Below, in pieces: positions 27,942 through 38,545 of a stretch of 64,000 nt of DNA. The translations under genes were made by a program, and so were the position numbers. The notes beneath the pieces are model-generated. The model searched no databases. It worked only from the letters and a program-made list of their open reading frames with translations, and had not been told where the DNA came from. Within the stretch, counting starts at the first letter, position 1. The number at the start of each line of letters is the position of its first letter. Location: NCBI GenBank assembly GCA_963674705.1, contig OY771506.1, forward strand, positions 480,001-544,000, written 5' to 3'. The DNA comes from Phycisphaeraceae bacterium (GTDB lineage: Bacteria > Planctomycetota > Phycisphaerae > Phycisphaerales > Phycisphaeraceae).

Positions 27942-28961
27942 ATGAAAACACTCACGCTTGAAAAGCCAGGCCAATGGCGAGTCTCGGACACACCCGAGCC
28001 TGATTCGCCGGGCGTGGGTGAGGCGATCGTGCGGGTTCATCGTGTCGGGATTTGCGGCACGGATATTCATGCACACAAGGGAACGCATCCGCTGTTTACG
28101 TACCCACGCATCCCGGGACATGAGTTGGGTGTGGAGGTCGTCGTGATTGGTGAGGGTGTAACTCACATCAAGCCCGGCGATCGTTGTGCGGTCGAACCTT
28201 ACATGACCTGTGGCACGTGCCCGGCCTGTAGAGCGGGGAAAACCAATTGCTGCACGACACTGGCGTGCCTGGGTGTGCAGACCGACGGCGGGATGCGGCA
28301 GCGCATCAACGTACCCGCCCACAAGCTGCATCCCTCGGAGAAACTCAGCTACGAAGCGCTCGCATTGGTGGAGACACTCGGCATCGGCAGGCATGCCGTA
28401 GAACGTGCGGCGGTGAAGCAAGGCGAGCGCGTCGCAGTCATCGGGCTTGGTCCGATCGGATTGACGGTCGCGGTGTTCGCACAGATCGCTGGGGCCGAAG
28501 TTGTCGGGATCGATATCAGTGCAGCACGCCTTGGTGCAGCAGAATCATTATTGAATATCCAGACGATGAAGCTGGATACAGAACAGGCGATCGACAAACA
28601 ATGGGCGCAAACCTTCGGCGAAGCGCCGGCGGCAGTGTTTGATGCGACGGGCAACCGCACATCGATGCAGAACGCGTTTGCCTTGCCGGTGCATGGTGGA
28701 CGGCTCGTGATGGTCGGGCTGGTGATCGGCGACCTGACATTCAGCGACCCGGATTTTCATCGCAAGGAAATGACGCTGCTTTCCAGCCGAAACGCTGTAG
28801 GCGAGGACTTTCGCGAGATCATCCGCTTGATCGAGGCCGGGCGTATCGACGTCGGATCTTGGATTACGCATACTTGCGAACTTGAACAACTGCCGGACAA
28901 ACTGGACGATTGGCTAAAACCCGATGCCGGGCTTATTAAAGGCATGGTGTCGGTCGTTTAA
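27942..28961 (+). CDS. Zn-dependent (MDR) sugar-acid dehydrogenase
   Basis: GICGTD, GHE, CGTCPAC......NCC, GLGPIG and SRNA motifs. Confidence 0.9.
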   Translation: MKTLTLEKPGQWRVSDTPEPDSPGVGEAIVRVHRVGICGTDIHAHKGTHPLFTYPRIPGHELGVEVVVIGEGVTHIKPGDRCAVEPYMTCGTCPACRAGKTNCCTTLACLGVQTDGGMRQRINVPAHKLHPSEKLSYEALALVETLGIGRHAVERAAVKQGERVAVIGLGPIGLTVAVFAQIAGAEVVGIDISAARLGAAESLLNIQTMKLDTEQAIDKQWAQTFGEAPAAVFDATGNRTSMQNAFALPVHGGRLVMVGLVIGDLTFSDPDFHRKEMTLLSSRNAVGEDFREIIRLIEAGRIDVGSWITHTCELEQLPDKLDDWLKPDAGLIKGMVSVV

Positions 28962-29025
28962 TGGGATTTGAATTAAGGCCATAATAATACCCGTAAAATG
29001 GGCTGAGAATTACAGGAGCTAACAC

Positions 29026-30120
29026 GTGTCATTGCCTCTCCGCGCCGAATCGGAATGTGAACTGGACCTGGTTTCGCTTGGTGAATGCATGGTGCGCCTG
29101 TCGCCGCCCGGCCACGGACGGATCGAGTTCGCCCCTTCGCTTGAAGTGCACGTCGGCGGCGGCGAGTACAACGTCGCCTACGCGCTGGCGCGCCTGGGCT
29201 TGCGCACCGGCTGGGTCGGCGCACTGGTCGACAACCCGGTCGGCAAGATCATCGCTAATCATGCAAGGGGTGGTTCGGTCGATATCAGCCACGCGCTGAC
29301 GCTGCCTTACGACGGCGTCGGCCGAGATGCGCGGATCGGGCTGAACTTCACCGAAGTCGGCGCGGGTGTGCGTGCGAGCGTCACGATGTATGACCGCGGC
29401 CACAGTGCAACCTCCAAGATGAAAGTCGGCGATGTTGATTGGGATGCGCTTTTTAACAAACGCGGCGTGCGCTGGCTGCACTCCGGCGGCATCTTCACCT
29501 GCCTAAGTGAATCGACGCGCGAAGTCGCCGCCGAGGCGCTCAAGGCAGCGCACAATGCCGGGACGATCGTTTCGTATGACCTGAACTTCCGCTCCAAGCT
29601 CTGGTCGAGTAAAGAAGCGATCAAGACGACCAAGCCGCTCGTGCAATACATCGACTGCCTGATCGGCAACGAGGAAGACTTCCAGAAGGTACTCGGTTAC
29701 GAGGTCGAGGGCGCGGAAGATGAAAACCTCAAGGAACTGCCGATCGAGAACTACAAGAAGATGGTCCGCCGGGTGGCGAAGGATTACCCGAACCTGAAGG
29801 TCATCGGTACGACGTTGCGCGAGGTTTTGAGCGCAAGCGAAAACAACTGGTCGGCCATCCTCTACTGGACCGAGACGGACACCTTCTATCAAGGCCCGAG
29901 CTTTGAACGGCTGATCATCGAAGACCGCGTAGGCGGCGGCGACGGCTTCGCCAGCGGTTTCGCCTACGGTTTCCTCACCGGCGCCGACCCACAGAAAGCC
30001 GTCAACCTCGGTACCACTCACGGCGCACTACTGCAGACCACACGCGGCGACACCTCACAGATCACGCTAAAGGAACTGCAACACGTCGCCGGCGGCGGCG
30101 GGGCGCGGATCGTGCGATAG
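29026..30120 (+). CDS. kdgK: 2-keto-3-deoxygluconate kinase (PfkB family)
   Basis: LGECMVRL, GGGEYNVA, YDLNFRSKLW, GNEED and DRVGGGDGF motifs; near eda and uxaC. Confidence 0.85.
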   Translation: MSLPLRAESECELDLVSLGECMVRLSPPGHGRIEFAPSLEVHVGGGEYNVAYALARLGLRTGWVGALVDNPVGKIIANHARGGSVDISHALTLPYDGVGRDARIGLNFTEVGAGVRASVTMYDRGHSATSKMKVGDVDWDALFNKRGVRWLHSGGIFTCLSESTREVAAEALKAAHNAGTIVSYDLNFRSKLWSSKEAIKTTKPLVQYIDCLIGNEEDFQKVLGYEVEGAEDENLKELPIENYKKMVRRVAKDYPNLKVIGTTLREVLSASENNWSAILYWTETDTFYQGPSFERLIIEDRVGGGDGFASGFAYGFLTGADPQKAVNLGTTHGALLQTTRGDTSQITLKELQHVAGGGGARIVR

Positions 30121-30254
30121 TCGATATATCTACCTTTAAATGCGGCGATTGAGGGTATTTTCATCCCAGGCCGGGACGATCTACAATAGATGGCTCGGGT
30201 GCCCGAGGGGCATCCTGTTATGGCATTCTTGAGACACCCCGGAGTCAATCCTGT

Positions 30255-31007
30255 ATGGCCGGTCATAGTAAATGGGCGAATATCAAGCACCGTAAAGGGC
30301 GTCAGGACGCCAAGCGGAGCAAGGTCTGGAGCAAGTGTTCACGGGCGATCATTATGGCCGCAAAGAACGGGGGCCCCGACCCGGATATGAACCTGTCGCT
30401 GCGGTACGCGATCGACGAGGCCAAAGCCCAGAACATGCCCAAGGACACAATCGAGAAAGCGATCGCGAAGGGCAGCGGTAAGGATGATTCAACGAATTAC
30501 GAGTCGGTCGTGTACGAGGGGTATGGCGCGGCGGGCGTCGCGGTCATGCTGGACTGCCTGACGGATAATAAGAACCGTACCGTGCCGGAGATCCGCAAGA
30601 TCTTCGAGAAGCACGGCGGGAACCTCGGCGCGTCCGGGTGCGTGGCGTACAACTTCAAATCCAAGGGTCAGCTTTTCGTCGCCAAGGAAGGAACCGAGGA
30701 AGAAACGGTGATGAACGCGGCGCTCGAGGCCGGTGCGGAGGATTTTGCCGATTCCGATGAGAGTTGGGAGATCACCTGCGAGCCTAGCGATTATGTAACA
30801 GTGCGCGAAGCGCTGGAGACTGGCGGCTTCACGATCGAGTCCGGCAGCGTGACGATGATCCCGCAGACCACGGTTGAATGCACGGGCAAGGACGCGCAAA
30901 AGGTCTTCAACCTGATGGAAGCCCTGGAAGATCATGACGATGTGCAGAAGGTACACGCGAACTTCGACATCCCGGACGATGAGATGGAAGCTTTGCAGCA
31001 GGGGTAG
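30255..31007 (+). CDS. yebC: YebC/PmpR family protein
   Basis: MAGHSKWANIKHRK, YEGYG, TDNKNRT and DDVQKV motifs. Confidence 0.96.
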   Translation: MAGHSKWANIKHRKGRQDAKRSKVWSKCSRAIIMAAKNGGPDPDMNLSLRYAIDEAKAQNMPKDTIEKAIAKGSGKDDSTNYESVVYEGYGAAGVAVMLDCLTDNKNRTVPEIRKIFEKHGGNLGASGCVAYNFKSKGQLFVAKEGTEEETVMNAALEAGAEDFADSDESWEITCEPSDYVTVREALETGGFTIESGSVTMIPQTTVECTGKDAQKVFNLMEALEDHDDVQKVHANFDIPDDEMEALQQG

Positions 31008-31207
31008 TTTTTGGCTTGAGGCCTGAGGCCTGAGGCTTGTAGATCATATATTTCAGGGGCACCAGGTAGGGTCTTTTATTGACTGCGACCAGATGCGCAT
31101 TTTTGGCATTCCGACCATGTCCATGAAACGCACACGGGACGAGACCGTCATTATTATGTTGAGCTATCGTTCGCGCATCAATCGACCTTTGCCCCCGGGA
31201 GCCTGAC

Positions 31208-32563
31208 ATGAATATCACTTTGCCGACCGCATCGAACCGAATCCTGGTTGCGTTTGTTGTTTTGTGTTTGTGTTTGGTGACGCCCGCCCTGGCGGTTCGG
31301 CCGACGGTGGTGGAGGCGGAGCCGGACAACGGAGCTAAAGATGTCGATCCGACGCTGCGGCAGATTGTGATCAAGTTCGATCAGGATATGAGCCAGCGGG
31401 GCCATTCGATCTGCGGCGGGGGCGAAACGTTCCCCAAACTCGTCGGCAAATCCCGATGGGCGAACCAGCGTACGTTCATCATGACCGTTCGGCTGGAACC
31501 CAATCACGATTACAACTTCAGCATCAACTGCCCGTCGGCGCAAAACTTCCGCAGCAAGGATGGCGAGTCGGTCGTGCCCTACCGTATCAGCTTCCGCACA
31601 GGCGTCGGCGAAGATGGCAAATCGGAGTTGTCACAAGCAGAACTCAACGAAGGTGCGATCGAGATTTTGCGTGAGATGATCGACCAGCAGTATTCGTATC
31701 GCGACCGGATGGGATTAGACTGGGACAAGCTGTTTGCCGACCATAAGAAAATGCTGGTGGATTCCACCACGCCCAAACGTTTTGCACAGATCGCCGGCGT
31801 GATGCTTGCGCATGCCGAGGATAAACATATCTGGCTGGATGCCGAGGGCGATCGGATCGGTGCTTATCCCGTGCCGGGCAAGCCGAACGCGAACGCTCAG
31901 CTACTGCCCAATCTTGTGCCGAACTACCAACAGAAAAGTGACATCGTCTACACCGGCGAATTCGAGGACGGCATCGGGTACCTGCGTATCGATTCCTGGT
32001 CGCCTAACGATCCCCGCGCCTACGAAGCGGTCTACCGTTACCTGGGTGAACACCCGGATGCGCCCGGGATTATCATCGATGTCAGGTTCAACGGCGGAGG
32101 CGGCGAAGACCTGGCGCAAGACCTCGCGGGCTGCTTTATCAGTGAACCTGTCGTCTATGCTAAAAATGTTTACCGCGATCCGAATTCGGAAACAGGCTAC
32201 ACCGATGTGCTTGAACGCACACTTTACCCCAACACGGGTCGGCCGCATTACGATGGTAAGATTGCTGTACTCAGCGGTAATGTCGTGATGAGTAGCTGCG
32301 AAGCGTTTATCCTGATGATGAAACAGGCACCTAATGCCAGCATCATCGGCGAACCCACCCGCGGCAGCTCCGGCAACCCAAGAAGCTACGACCTGGGCAA
32401 CGGCGTCACGGTCTACTTGCCATCCTGGAAGGCCATGCGGCCCGACGGCACAGTATTCGAAGGCGAAGGCATCCAACCCGACTTGCTTGTCGAAACACAA
32501 CTAAACGATTTTCAAAATGCCGACCCGGTCCTTGAAGCCGCACTAAAACACCTACGCAAATAA
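31208..32563 (+). CDS. Secreted S41 peptidase with N-terminal Ig-like (Big_5-type) domain
   Basis: Signal peptide; P.VV...P.NGA.DVDP Ig motif; IGYLRI, IIDVRFNGGG, SSCE, IIGEPTRG and EGEGIQPD. Confidence 0.85.
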   Translation: MNITLPTASNRILVAFVVLCLCLVTPALAVRPTVVEAEPDNGAKDVDPTLRQIVIKFDQDMSQRGHSICGGGETFPKLVGKSRWANQRTFIMTVRLEPNHDYNFSINCPSAQNFRSKDGESVVPYRISFRTGVGEDGKSELSQAELNEGAIEILREMIDQQYSYRDRMGLDWDKLFADHKKMLVDSTTPKRFAQIAGVMLAHAEDKHIWLDAEGDRIGAYPVPGKPNANAQLLPNLVPNYQQKSDIVYTGEFEDGIGYLRIDSWSPNDPRAYEAVYRYLGEHPDAPGIIIDVRFNGGGGEDLAQDLAGCFISEPVVYAKNVYRDPNSETGYTDVLERTLYPNTGRPHYDGKIAVLSGNVVMSSCEAFILMMKQAPNASIIGEPTRGSSGNPRSYDLGNGVTVYLPSWKAMRPDGTVFEGEGIQPDLLVETQLNDFQNADPVLEAALKHLRK

Positions 32564-32603
32564 AGGGTCTTACCCCACACCCTAAACCCTACACCCTATC
32601 TCA

Positions 32604-32891
32604 ATGCACCGACTCACCGCACACTTCACCGGCCGCGTCCAAGGCGTCGGCTTCCGATACACGACGACGAATGTCGCGCGCAATTACGCGGTGGCGGGTT
32701 ATGTCATGAATCTGCCCGACGGCCGAGTGCAACTTGTTGCCGAGGGCGACAAGAAAGAACTGAACGCACTACTCGCAGCGGTCAAGCAGGCCATGGGACG
32801 CAACATCACGGACACGAAGTCGGATATCACCGAGGCAAACGGTGAGTTTGGTGATCCGAATGATCCGAAATCATTTAACGTGCGCTATTGA
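32604..32891 (+). CDS. acyP: Acylphosphatase
   Basis: GRVQGVGFR and GYVMNLPDGRV motifs. Confidence 0.93.
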   Translation: MHRLTAHFTGRVQGVGFRYTTTNVARNYAVAGYVMNLPDGRVQLVAEGDKKELNALLAAVKQAMGRNITDTKSDITEANGEFGDPNDPKSFNVRY

Positions 32892-32916
32892 AAGCAAACC
32901 ACCGTTCACCATTTAT

Positions 32917-35457
32917 CTATTGTTTGCCGTACCTGTTCGCCACCTGCATCACCGAGCGTGCAGTCAAACCCTTCATCGTTAATTCAACATCCGAGTTGAT
33001 TATAAACGTCCGGACATCGCCGGGTAATAGTGTTACAGCCTGGTCGTCGATTGTCGCCTTGGGATCGAGTCGGTCGGGATAAAGGATGATGTCGCGTAAT
33101 AGTGTTTTGGCTCTGATAGTCAGGTGGTACGTTCCGCCATCACGTTCGAGTTCCGCTTCATATTCGGGGGCGGGATAGCTGATATCTTTGTCCCGCTGGA
33201 AGAACCAGAACGCACGTTTGTCGCCTAGTTCAGCGATAAGCATTGCATCTTTCTTTGCGAGCATGGTATCCGGGATATCAAAACGATAGGAGCTACGCGG
33301 CTCGATCGATACGGATTGTGCATGTCGGCCGAGTTCCTGACCTTCGATTGTCAATAACCTCACGACACATTCACCGGCCCACAGCTTATCGCAATCGTTG
33401 TGCATACAGGCAACCAAGGGCTTGACAGCGCTGACATTTTCAACAGCTTCCGGGGGCATGATGGTCAGCAAGCGATCGGCGAAGAAACGCCGGGTGGCGT
33501 ACCAGAGCGGCTTGGCTCGACCGTCGCCGTCGATCGCCGCCCAACTCGCGACGGGCCAGCAGTCATTTAATTGCCAGTACAACGCGCCGCTGTTGCGAGG
33601 CGACTGCGAGCGGAACCAACTGCAGCCGAGATCGAGCGCGCGTACCTGATTCAACTGCGCGAGATACCACCAGTTATCGAATTCATTCGCATCGACGTTG
33701 AAGCTGGCGGCGATCAGTCGGTCGGCCCGATCCTGACCGCCTGATTGTTTGTTGTGATGATGGATGGTTTCGGAATCCCATCGGCGTTCGTTTTCGGGGA
33801 CACTGCGAGCAAGTGTAGGCCAGGTCGGCGGGCCGTGGAACCCGAATTCGGAAGCGAAGAGCGGGCGATGCAGCAGGTAATTCATGTAATCCCCGTGCCC
33901 GTTCCAGACATCCCAGTGGTGGTTGTTGCCGACCTCTTCGCCATTAGGGTCGAGATCGGTCGAACCGGAGTACGGGCTGTTCGCCCAGTAGGGACGTGTC
34001 GGATCGATCTCGTGAATCAACTGCGGGAACATTTCAAGCCAGTAGCCCAGCCCCCAGCCTCGCGACTTGTCTTTCGCCGCCTTTTCCCATGCGGGCCCCC
34101 ACTTATACGCGGCCCAGATGCATTCGTTGCCGCCGTTCCACAACACCAGGCTCGGGTGTGACGAGAGGCGCGCAGCATGATAGCGCACTTCCTTTTCGAT
34201 CTCGCTTCGGATTGGATCGACTTCGGGGTAGAGCGCGCATGCGGTGAGAAGGTCCTGCCAGACAAGGATGCCCAGTTCATCGCAGACGTTGTAGAAGTCG
34301 TCCGATTCATACAGCCCGCCGCCCCAGACGCGCAGCATGTTCATATTCGCATCGCGCGCCTGCGTGATACGCTTACGGTAGCGGTCCGGCGTTACACGGT
34401 GCGGGAAACAATCGTCGGGGATCCAGTTTGCGCCTTTGCAGTAGACGCGCCGGCCGTTGATCTTGAAGTGGAATGTCGGTACGTTTGATTCGGCATCCTG
34501 CGTGACAAGCTCGACCGTGCGCAGGCCGATCCGCTTCTGGATGTGGTCAATCTTGTTGCCATTGGCATCAAGAAGCGTGATGCTCAATATGTATAACGGT
34601 TGTTTGCCATATCCGACGGGCCACCATAAGTCAGGACTATCAACCTTGATGGATGCGGTTGCCGTTTTGCCGGTCGTAGCATCTAACTGTGCGGAAGCGA
34701 CTTTTTCACCGCTCGGACCCGTCAATTCATATGCAATCTTGATCGCTTGCCCGCTGTCAGAACCCGCGGCCGCAAGCACATGCAGTGATATCTCGGCGGC
34801 GTTTTTGTCGGCGCTGATTACCAATGGGCGAACGGACTCAATCCGAGCAGTGCCCCACGCTTGAAGATAGATCGGCTGCCAGATGCCAGCGGTGATCAAC
34901 ACGGGGCCCCAGTCCCAGCCGAAGTTGCACGCGAGCTTGCGGATCATGTTGTAAGGCAACTGCGGATCGACACTCGCTCCGGCGTGCGGTAGCGCACCGA
35001 TCGTTTCACGCATCTGCTGCATGTACTGAACAGGCGGATCGAATGTGATGCTTAAGATGTTTCCCGTTTCTCGAAGCGATTGTTTAGTGGTGAACCGATG
35101 CGGGATGAACATGTTCGCGGATTCGCCGATCGGCTGACCGTTCAGTTCAATCCTGGCGACGGTGTCGAGCCCTTCACAGACAAGGTCGATGCATTCGCCG
35201 GCACATACATCAGAAGGCGCATCGAAAGTCGTCGAGTAACACCACTGCACATCGCGGATCCAGAGCTGATCGCGTTCGTTTAATCCGATGTACGGATCGG
35301 GTAGCAGGCCGGCCGCCATCAGGTCGGTATGCACGCAGCCCGGCACGGTCGCGGCAATGCCCTGACCGGCCAGGGCTTGCTTCAGGTCAGCCGGCACAGC
35401 ATCCAGCCCCCCCACCGCTGTCAAACGCCAATTCTTGTTCAATGCGTATTGCTTCAT
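32917..35457 (-). CDS. GH2 beta-mannosidase-like glycoside hydrolase
   Basis: VPGCVHTDL, GWDWGP, GANWIP, NMLRVWGGG, GNE, SEFG and YWQLND motifs; no signal peptide. Confidence 0.9.
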   Translation of the reverse strand: MKQYALNKNWRLTAVGGLDAVPADLKQALAGQGIAATVPGCVHTDLMAAGLLPDPYIGLNERDQLWIRDVQWCYSTTFDAPSDVCAGECIDLVCEGLDTVARIELNGQPIGESANMFIPHRFTTKQSLRETGNILSITFDPPVQYMQQMRETIGALPHAGASVDPQLPYNMIRKLACNFGWDWGPVLITAGIWQPIYLQAWGTARIESVRPLVISADKNAAEISLHVLAAAGSDSGQAIKIAYELTGPSGEKVASAQLDATTGKTATASIKVDSPDLWWPVGYGKQPLYILSITLLDANGNKIDHIQKRIGLRTVELVTQDAESNVPTFHFKINGRRVYCKGANWIPDDCFPHRVTPDRYRKRITQARDANMNMLRVWGGGLYESDDFYNVCDELGILVWQDLLTACALYPEVDPIRSEIEKEVRYHAARLSSHPSLVLWNGGNECIWAAYKWGPAWEKAAKDKSRGWGLGYWLEMFPQLIHEIDPTRPYWANSPYSGSTDLDPNGEEVGNNHHWDVWNGHGDYMNYLLHRPLFASEFGFHGPPTWPTLARSVPENERRWDSETIHHHNKQSGGQDRADRLIAASFNVDANEFDNWWYLAQLNQVRALDLGCSWFRSQSPRNSGALYWQLNDCWPVASWAAIDGDGRAKPLWYATRRFFADRLLTIMPPEAVENVSAVKPLVACMHNDCDKLWAGECVVRLLTIEGQELGRHAQSVSIEPRSSYRFDIPDTMLAKKDAMLIAELGDKRAFWFFQRDKDISYPAPEYEAELERDGGTYHLTIRAKTLLRDIILYPDRLDPKATIDDQAVTLLPGDVRTFIINSDVELTMKGLTARSVMQVANRYGKQ

Positions 35458-35656
35458 GTGTTCTAACTCAATTAAAAAAATGTCCCTCTTGCGAGCGAAC
35501 AATATACAGATAAATCTCTATCACAAAATAAGTCACCCAGACACCGGCTCGGTCCCGGGCAATCTGAGGCCGACACAAGATTTAACGGGTGCACTATCTT
35601 GCACGGTAGTGCAATATGTATTCAGCAGAGCTTGTTTTCTCGCAGCCTAAGAGCAG

Positions 35657-37093
35657 TTACCCGGCGTGCTTACCCTTCAGCGCCATCCCGAAGTAATCAC
35701 GGGCGTTGTTGAAGCAGATGTCTTCAACCATCGCGCCGATGTGATCGTAATCCGCAGGGAGACGGCCCGACTCGATGTCTGCGCCGAGTAAGTCGCAGAG
35801 CACGCGGCGGAAGTATTCGTGCCTGGGATAGGACATGAACGAACGCGAATCGGTCAGCATCCCGACAAATCGACTGAGCAGGCCGATGTTGGACAGCGCA
35901 TTCATCTGCCAGCGCATCGCTTCGTCCTGGTCAAGGAACCACCAGCCCGAGCCGTACTGCATACGTCCGGGTTCCGCTTTCCCGTTGGAGCCCGGCTGCT
36001 GGAAGTTGCCGACCATGGAAGCGAACAGGTAATTGTCCGCGGGGTTCAGGTTGTAAAGAATGGTTTTGGGCAGCGTGCCTCGGTCGGCGAGAGTGCCCAG
36101 GTATTTACTTAAGCCCTCGCCTTGCGGGTAGTCGCCTATCGAATCGTAGCCCGTATCCGGCCCAAGCTCGCGCAGCGCACGCAGGTTGTTGTTGCGCATC
36201 GCGCCAAGATGCAACTGCCTGACCCAGCCCCGGTCCGCATCGAAACCGGCCAGGTGCAGCATCATGTACATCACAAAACGTTCCGCTTCTTCTTTGGCAA
36301 CCTCATCGCCGTGACGGAGCTTGGCGAAGATAGTCTTCGCCTGGGCGTCCGTGCAATTGACTGCAGGCAAGTGCGTCAGCCCGTGGTCCGACAGCCGGCA
36401 GCCCGCGACGTGGAAGTATGTATGTCGTTGTTTGAGCGCGGAAAGAAATCCTTCAAGGTCGTTGCATGCCATGCCCGCCGCGTTGGCGATCCGGTCGACG
36501 TAGATGCTCCATGCATCCGGGTCGGCTGTGGCAAACGCACGGTCCGGGCGAAAGGCCGGATACACCGCGGTGTCTTTGAACTGACCTTCGTCGCGGATTC
36601 TTGCGTGCAACTTCAGGTTGTCCACCGGATCGTCCGTCGTGCAGATCAGCGCAACGTTGAACTTATCGAGTATCGCGGACACGGGCATCTGCTTGAGCTT
36701 CGCGTTGGCTTCATCCCAGATGTCTTTAGCGGTGTCGCCGTTGAGCGGGATATCGATGTCGAAGTAACGCTTCAGCTCGAGGTGGGTCCAGTGATAGAGC
36801 GGATTGCGCAAAGTCTTGGGTACGGTTTGCGCCCATGCGAGGAACTTATCGAAGGGGTCTGCAGTCCCGGTGATGAACTGCTCATCCACACCGTTGGCGC
36901 GCATTGCACGCCATTTGTAGTGGTCGCCCTCAAGCCAGACCTCGGCCAGGTCGGCAAAAACCCGGTTCTCCGCCAGGTCGTCCGGCGGCAGATGGCAGTG
37001 GTAGTCGTAAATAGGTCGGCCTTGTGCGTATTGGTGATACAGCTTGCGGGCCGCGTCCGTAGAAAACAGGAAGTCGTCGTGGAGAAATGGCAT
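35657..37093 (-). CDS. uxaC: Uronate (glucuronate) isomerase
   Basis: DYHCHL, GDHYKWRAMR, NPLYHWTHLEL, CTTDDP, GWWFLD and TDSRSFMSYPRHEYFRR motifs. Confidence 0.96.
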   Translation of the reverse strand: MPFLHDDFLFSTDAARKLYHQYAQGRPIYDYHCHLPPDDLAENRVFADLAEVWLEGDHYKWRAMRANGVDEQFITGTADPFDKFLAWAQTVPKTLRNPLYHWTHLELKRYFDIDIPLNGDTAKDIWDEANAKLKQMPVSAILDKFNVALICTTDDPVDNLKLHARIRDEGQFKDTAVYPAFRPDRAFATADPDAWSIYVDRIANAAGMACNDLEGFLSALKQRHTYFHVAGCRLSDHGLTHLPAVNCTDAQAKTIFAKLRHGDEVAKEEAERFVMYMMLHLAGFDADRGWVRQLHLGAMRNNNLRALRELGPDTGYDSIGDYPQGEGLSKYLGTLADRGTLPKTILYNLNPADNYLFASMVGNFQQPGSNGKAEPGRMQYGSGWWFLDQDEAMRWQMNALSNIGLLSRFVGMLTDSRSFMSYPRHEYFRRVLCDLLGADIESGRLPADYDHIGAMVEDICFNNARDYFGMALKGKHAG

Positions 37094-37180
37094 GGGTATA
37101 TCCTAAATCATTCATCTAATCACAGCTACAGGAAAAAAGGGATCAGAATGCCTAACTTTTTAAAAAGTCTCCCCGAGGAT

Positions 37181-38545
37181 TCACTCAAAGTGGAATATGG
37201 GTGACGGTGTGTGAGCAGCTTTCATAGCATGACTCATGCGGTCAACAAGAGCTGGATGGTCGGCAGCCACGTCTTGCGCTTCACCAGGGTCAGTAGGCAG
37301 GTGGTAGAGTTCAATCGGGGCGTTACGGTTGGTGCCAACGTTCAAGCGAACAGCTTTCCAATCGCCTATCCGCACCGCCTGCTTCCCCCCCCTTTCATAA
37401 AACTCCCAGTAAAGGTATTCATGCTCTTGCTGTAATTCGTCTCGTCCAAGAAGCGTCGGGGCGATGGAGATGCCATCCAGGCCGGTAGGTGCTTCGGCGC
37501 CAGCCAGGTCTAAGGCGGTGGGGACAAAATCCCAAAACGCGGTCACCAGATCACTCTGCGTTCCAGCCGGAACTGTACCTGGCCACCAGGCGATCTGAGC
37601 GGTGCGGATACCGCCTTCATAAAGATCTCGCTTGCCCCCACGTAGCGGGCCGTTGGAGTTGAAGAACTCCGGGTCTGCCCCTCCCTCGAAGTGCGGGCCG
37701 TTGTCGGATGCGAAAATGACAAGCGTATTCTTATCGATATCCAATTCTTTGAGATGATCCAGGACACGGCCGACGGATTCATCAATAAAGGCAACCATAC
37801 CGGCATAAGCAGCACGTGGTTCGGGTTGGTGGTAATACCCCCCTTTCGTGTTCGGCGTCTCCTCGAACTTGCCCCTGAATGAAGCCATGTACTTATGAGG
37901 CACGGTCAGGTCGGCATGAGGCGGCGTAAGTGAAAGGTGCAGGAAGAACGGGCCTTGCTTGTTATCTGAGATCCATTGGATCGCATCTTCGACAAACAGT
38001 GCATTGGCATAGGTATCGCCAGTCATGCCTTGATTACCGGGCAGCTGGATCTTTTCACCATTCCGGTAAAGCATAGTAGGGTAGTTCCGGTGTGCCGCGC
38101 TGTGTGCGAGGAATCCGAAGTAGTGGTCGAAACCCTTGTCGTTAGGAAGTGTTGCATCCTCGGAGTTACAACCGAGGCCGGACTTGCCGATCATCGCGGT
38201 GTGATAGCCGAGGTTTTTCAGCCTTGATGCGATGGTGATGTCTTCGGGATCGCGTCTGAACTGGACCTTTCCGTTCCCACGCTGCCAGACATGGCCGGTG
38301 TGTTGCCCGGTAAGAAGTGTGGCACGGCTTGGCGCACAGACGGTGCTGCCGGAATAAGCCTGAGTAAAATGCATGCCCTGCTGCGCCATCTGATCCAGGC
38401 GCGGCGTTTGCCAGTGTTGCTGGCCCAGGCATGAAAGATCGTGCTGTCCCAGATCGTCAACGAGAATATAGATGATGTTTGGCTGATCGGCTGCGGCAGC
38501 AACCGTAGTCAGTATCAGGCAGATTAATGAGAATAAAAGGTACAT
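37181..38545 (-). CDS. S1 family sulfatase, secreted
   Basis: Signal peptide; PNIIYILVDDLG, CAPSRATLLTG, SDNG and GGKRDLYEGGIR motifs. Confidence 0.93.
   Translation of the reverse strand: MYLLFSLICLILTTVAAAADQPNIIYILVDDLGQHDLSCLGQQHWQTPRLDQMAQQGMHFTQAYSGSTVCAPSRATLLTGQHTGHVWQRGNGKVQFRRDPEDITIASRLKNLGYHTAMIGKSGLGCNSEDATLPNDKGFDHYFGFLAHSAAHRNYPTMLYRNGEKIQLPGNQGMTGDTYANALFVEDAIQWISDNKQGPFFLHLSLTPPHADLTVPHKYMASFRGKFEETPNTKGGYYHQPEPRAAYAGMVAFIDESVGRVLDHLKELDIDKNTLVIFASDNGPHFEGGADPEFFNSNGPLRGGKRDLYEGGIRTAQIAWWPGTVPAGTQSDLVTAFWDFVPTALDLAGAEAPTGLDGISIAPTLLGRDELQQEHEYLYWEFYERGGKQAVRIGDWKAVRLNVGTNRNAPIELYHLPTDPGEAQDVAADHPALVDRMSHAMKAAHTPSPIFHFE

Noticed and set aside
25760..32575. AAATAAAGGG(G)TCTT-like motif at ~25761-25777 (minus) and ~32558-32571
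   Set aside because: Too short to distinguish from chance; possibly a repeat remnant but unsupported
35510..35650. Possible riboswitch or ncRNA between uxaC and GH2 (hairpin TGCACTAT...GTAGTGCA)
   Set aside because: No recognisable riboswitch consensus, and a single hairpin is insufficient evidence
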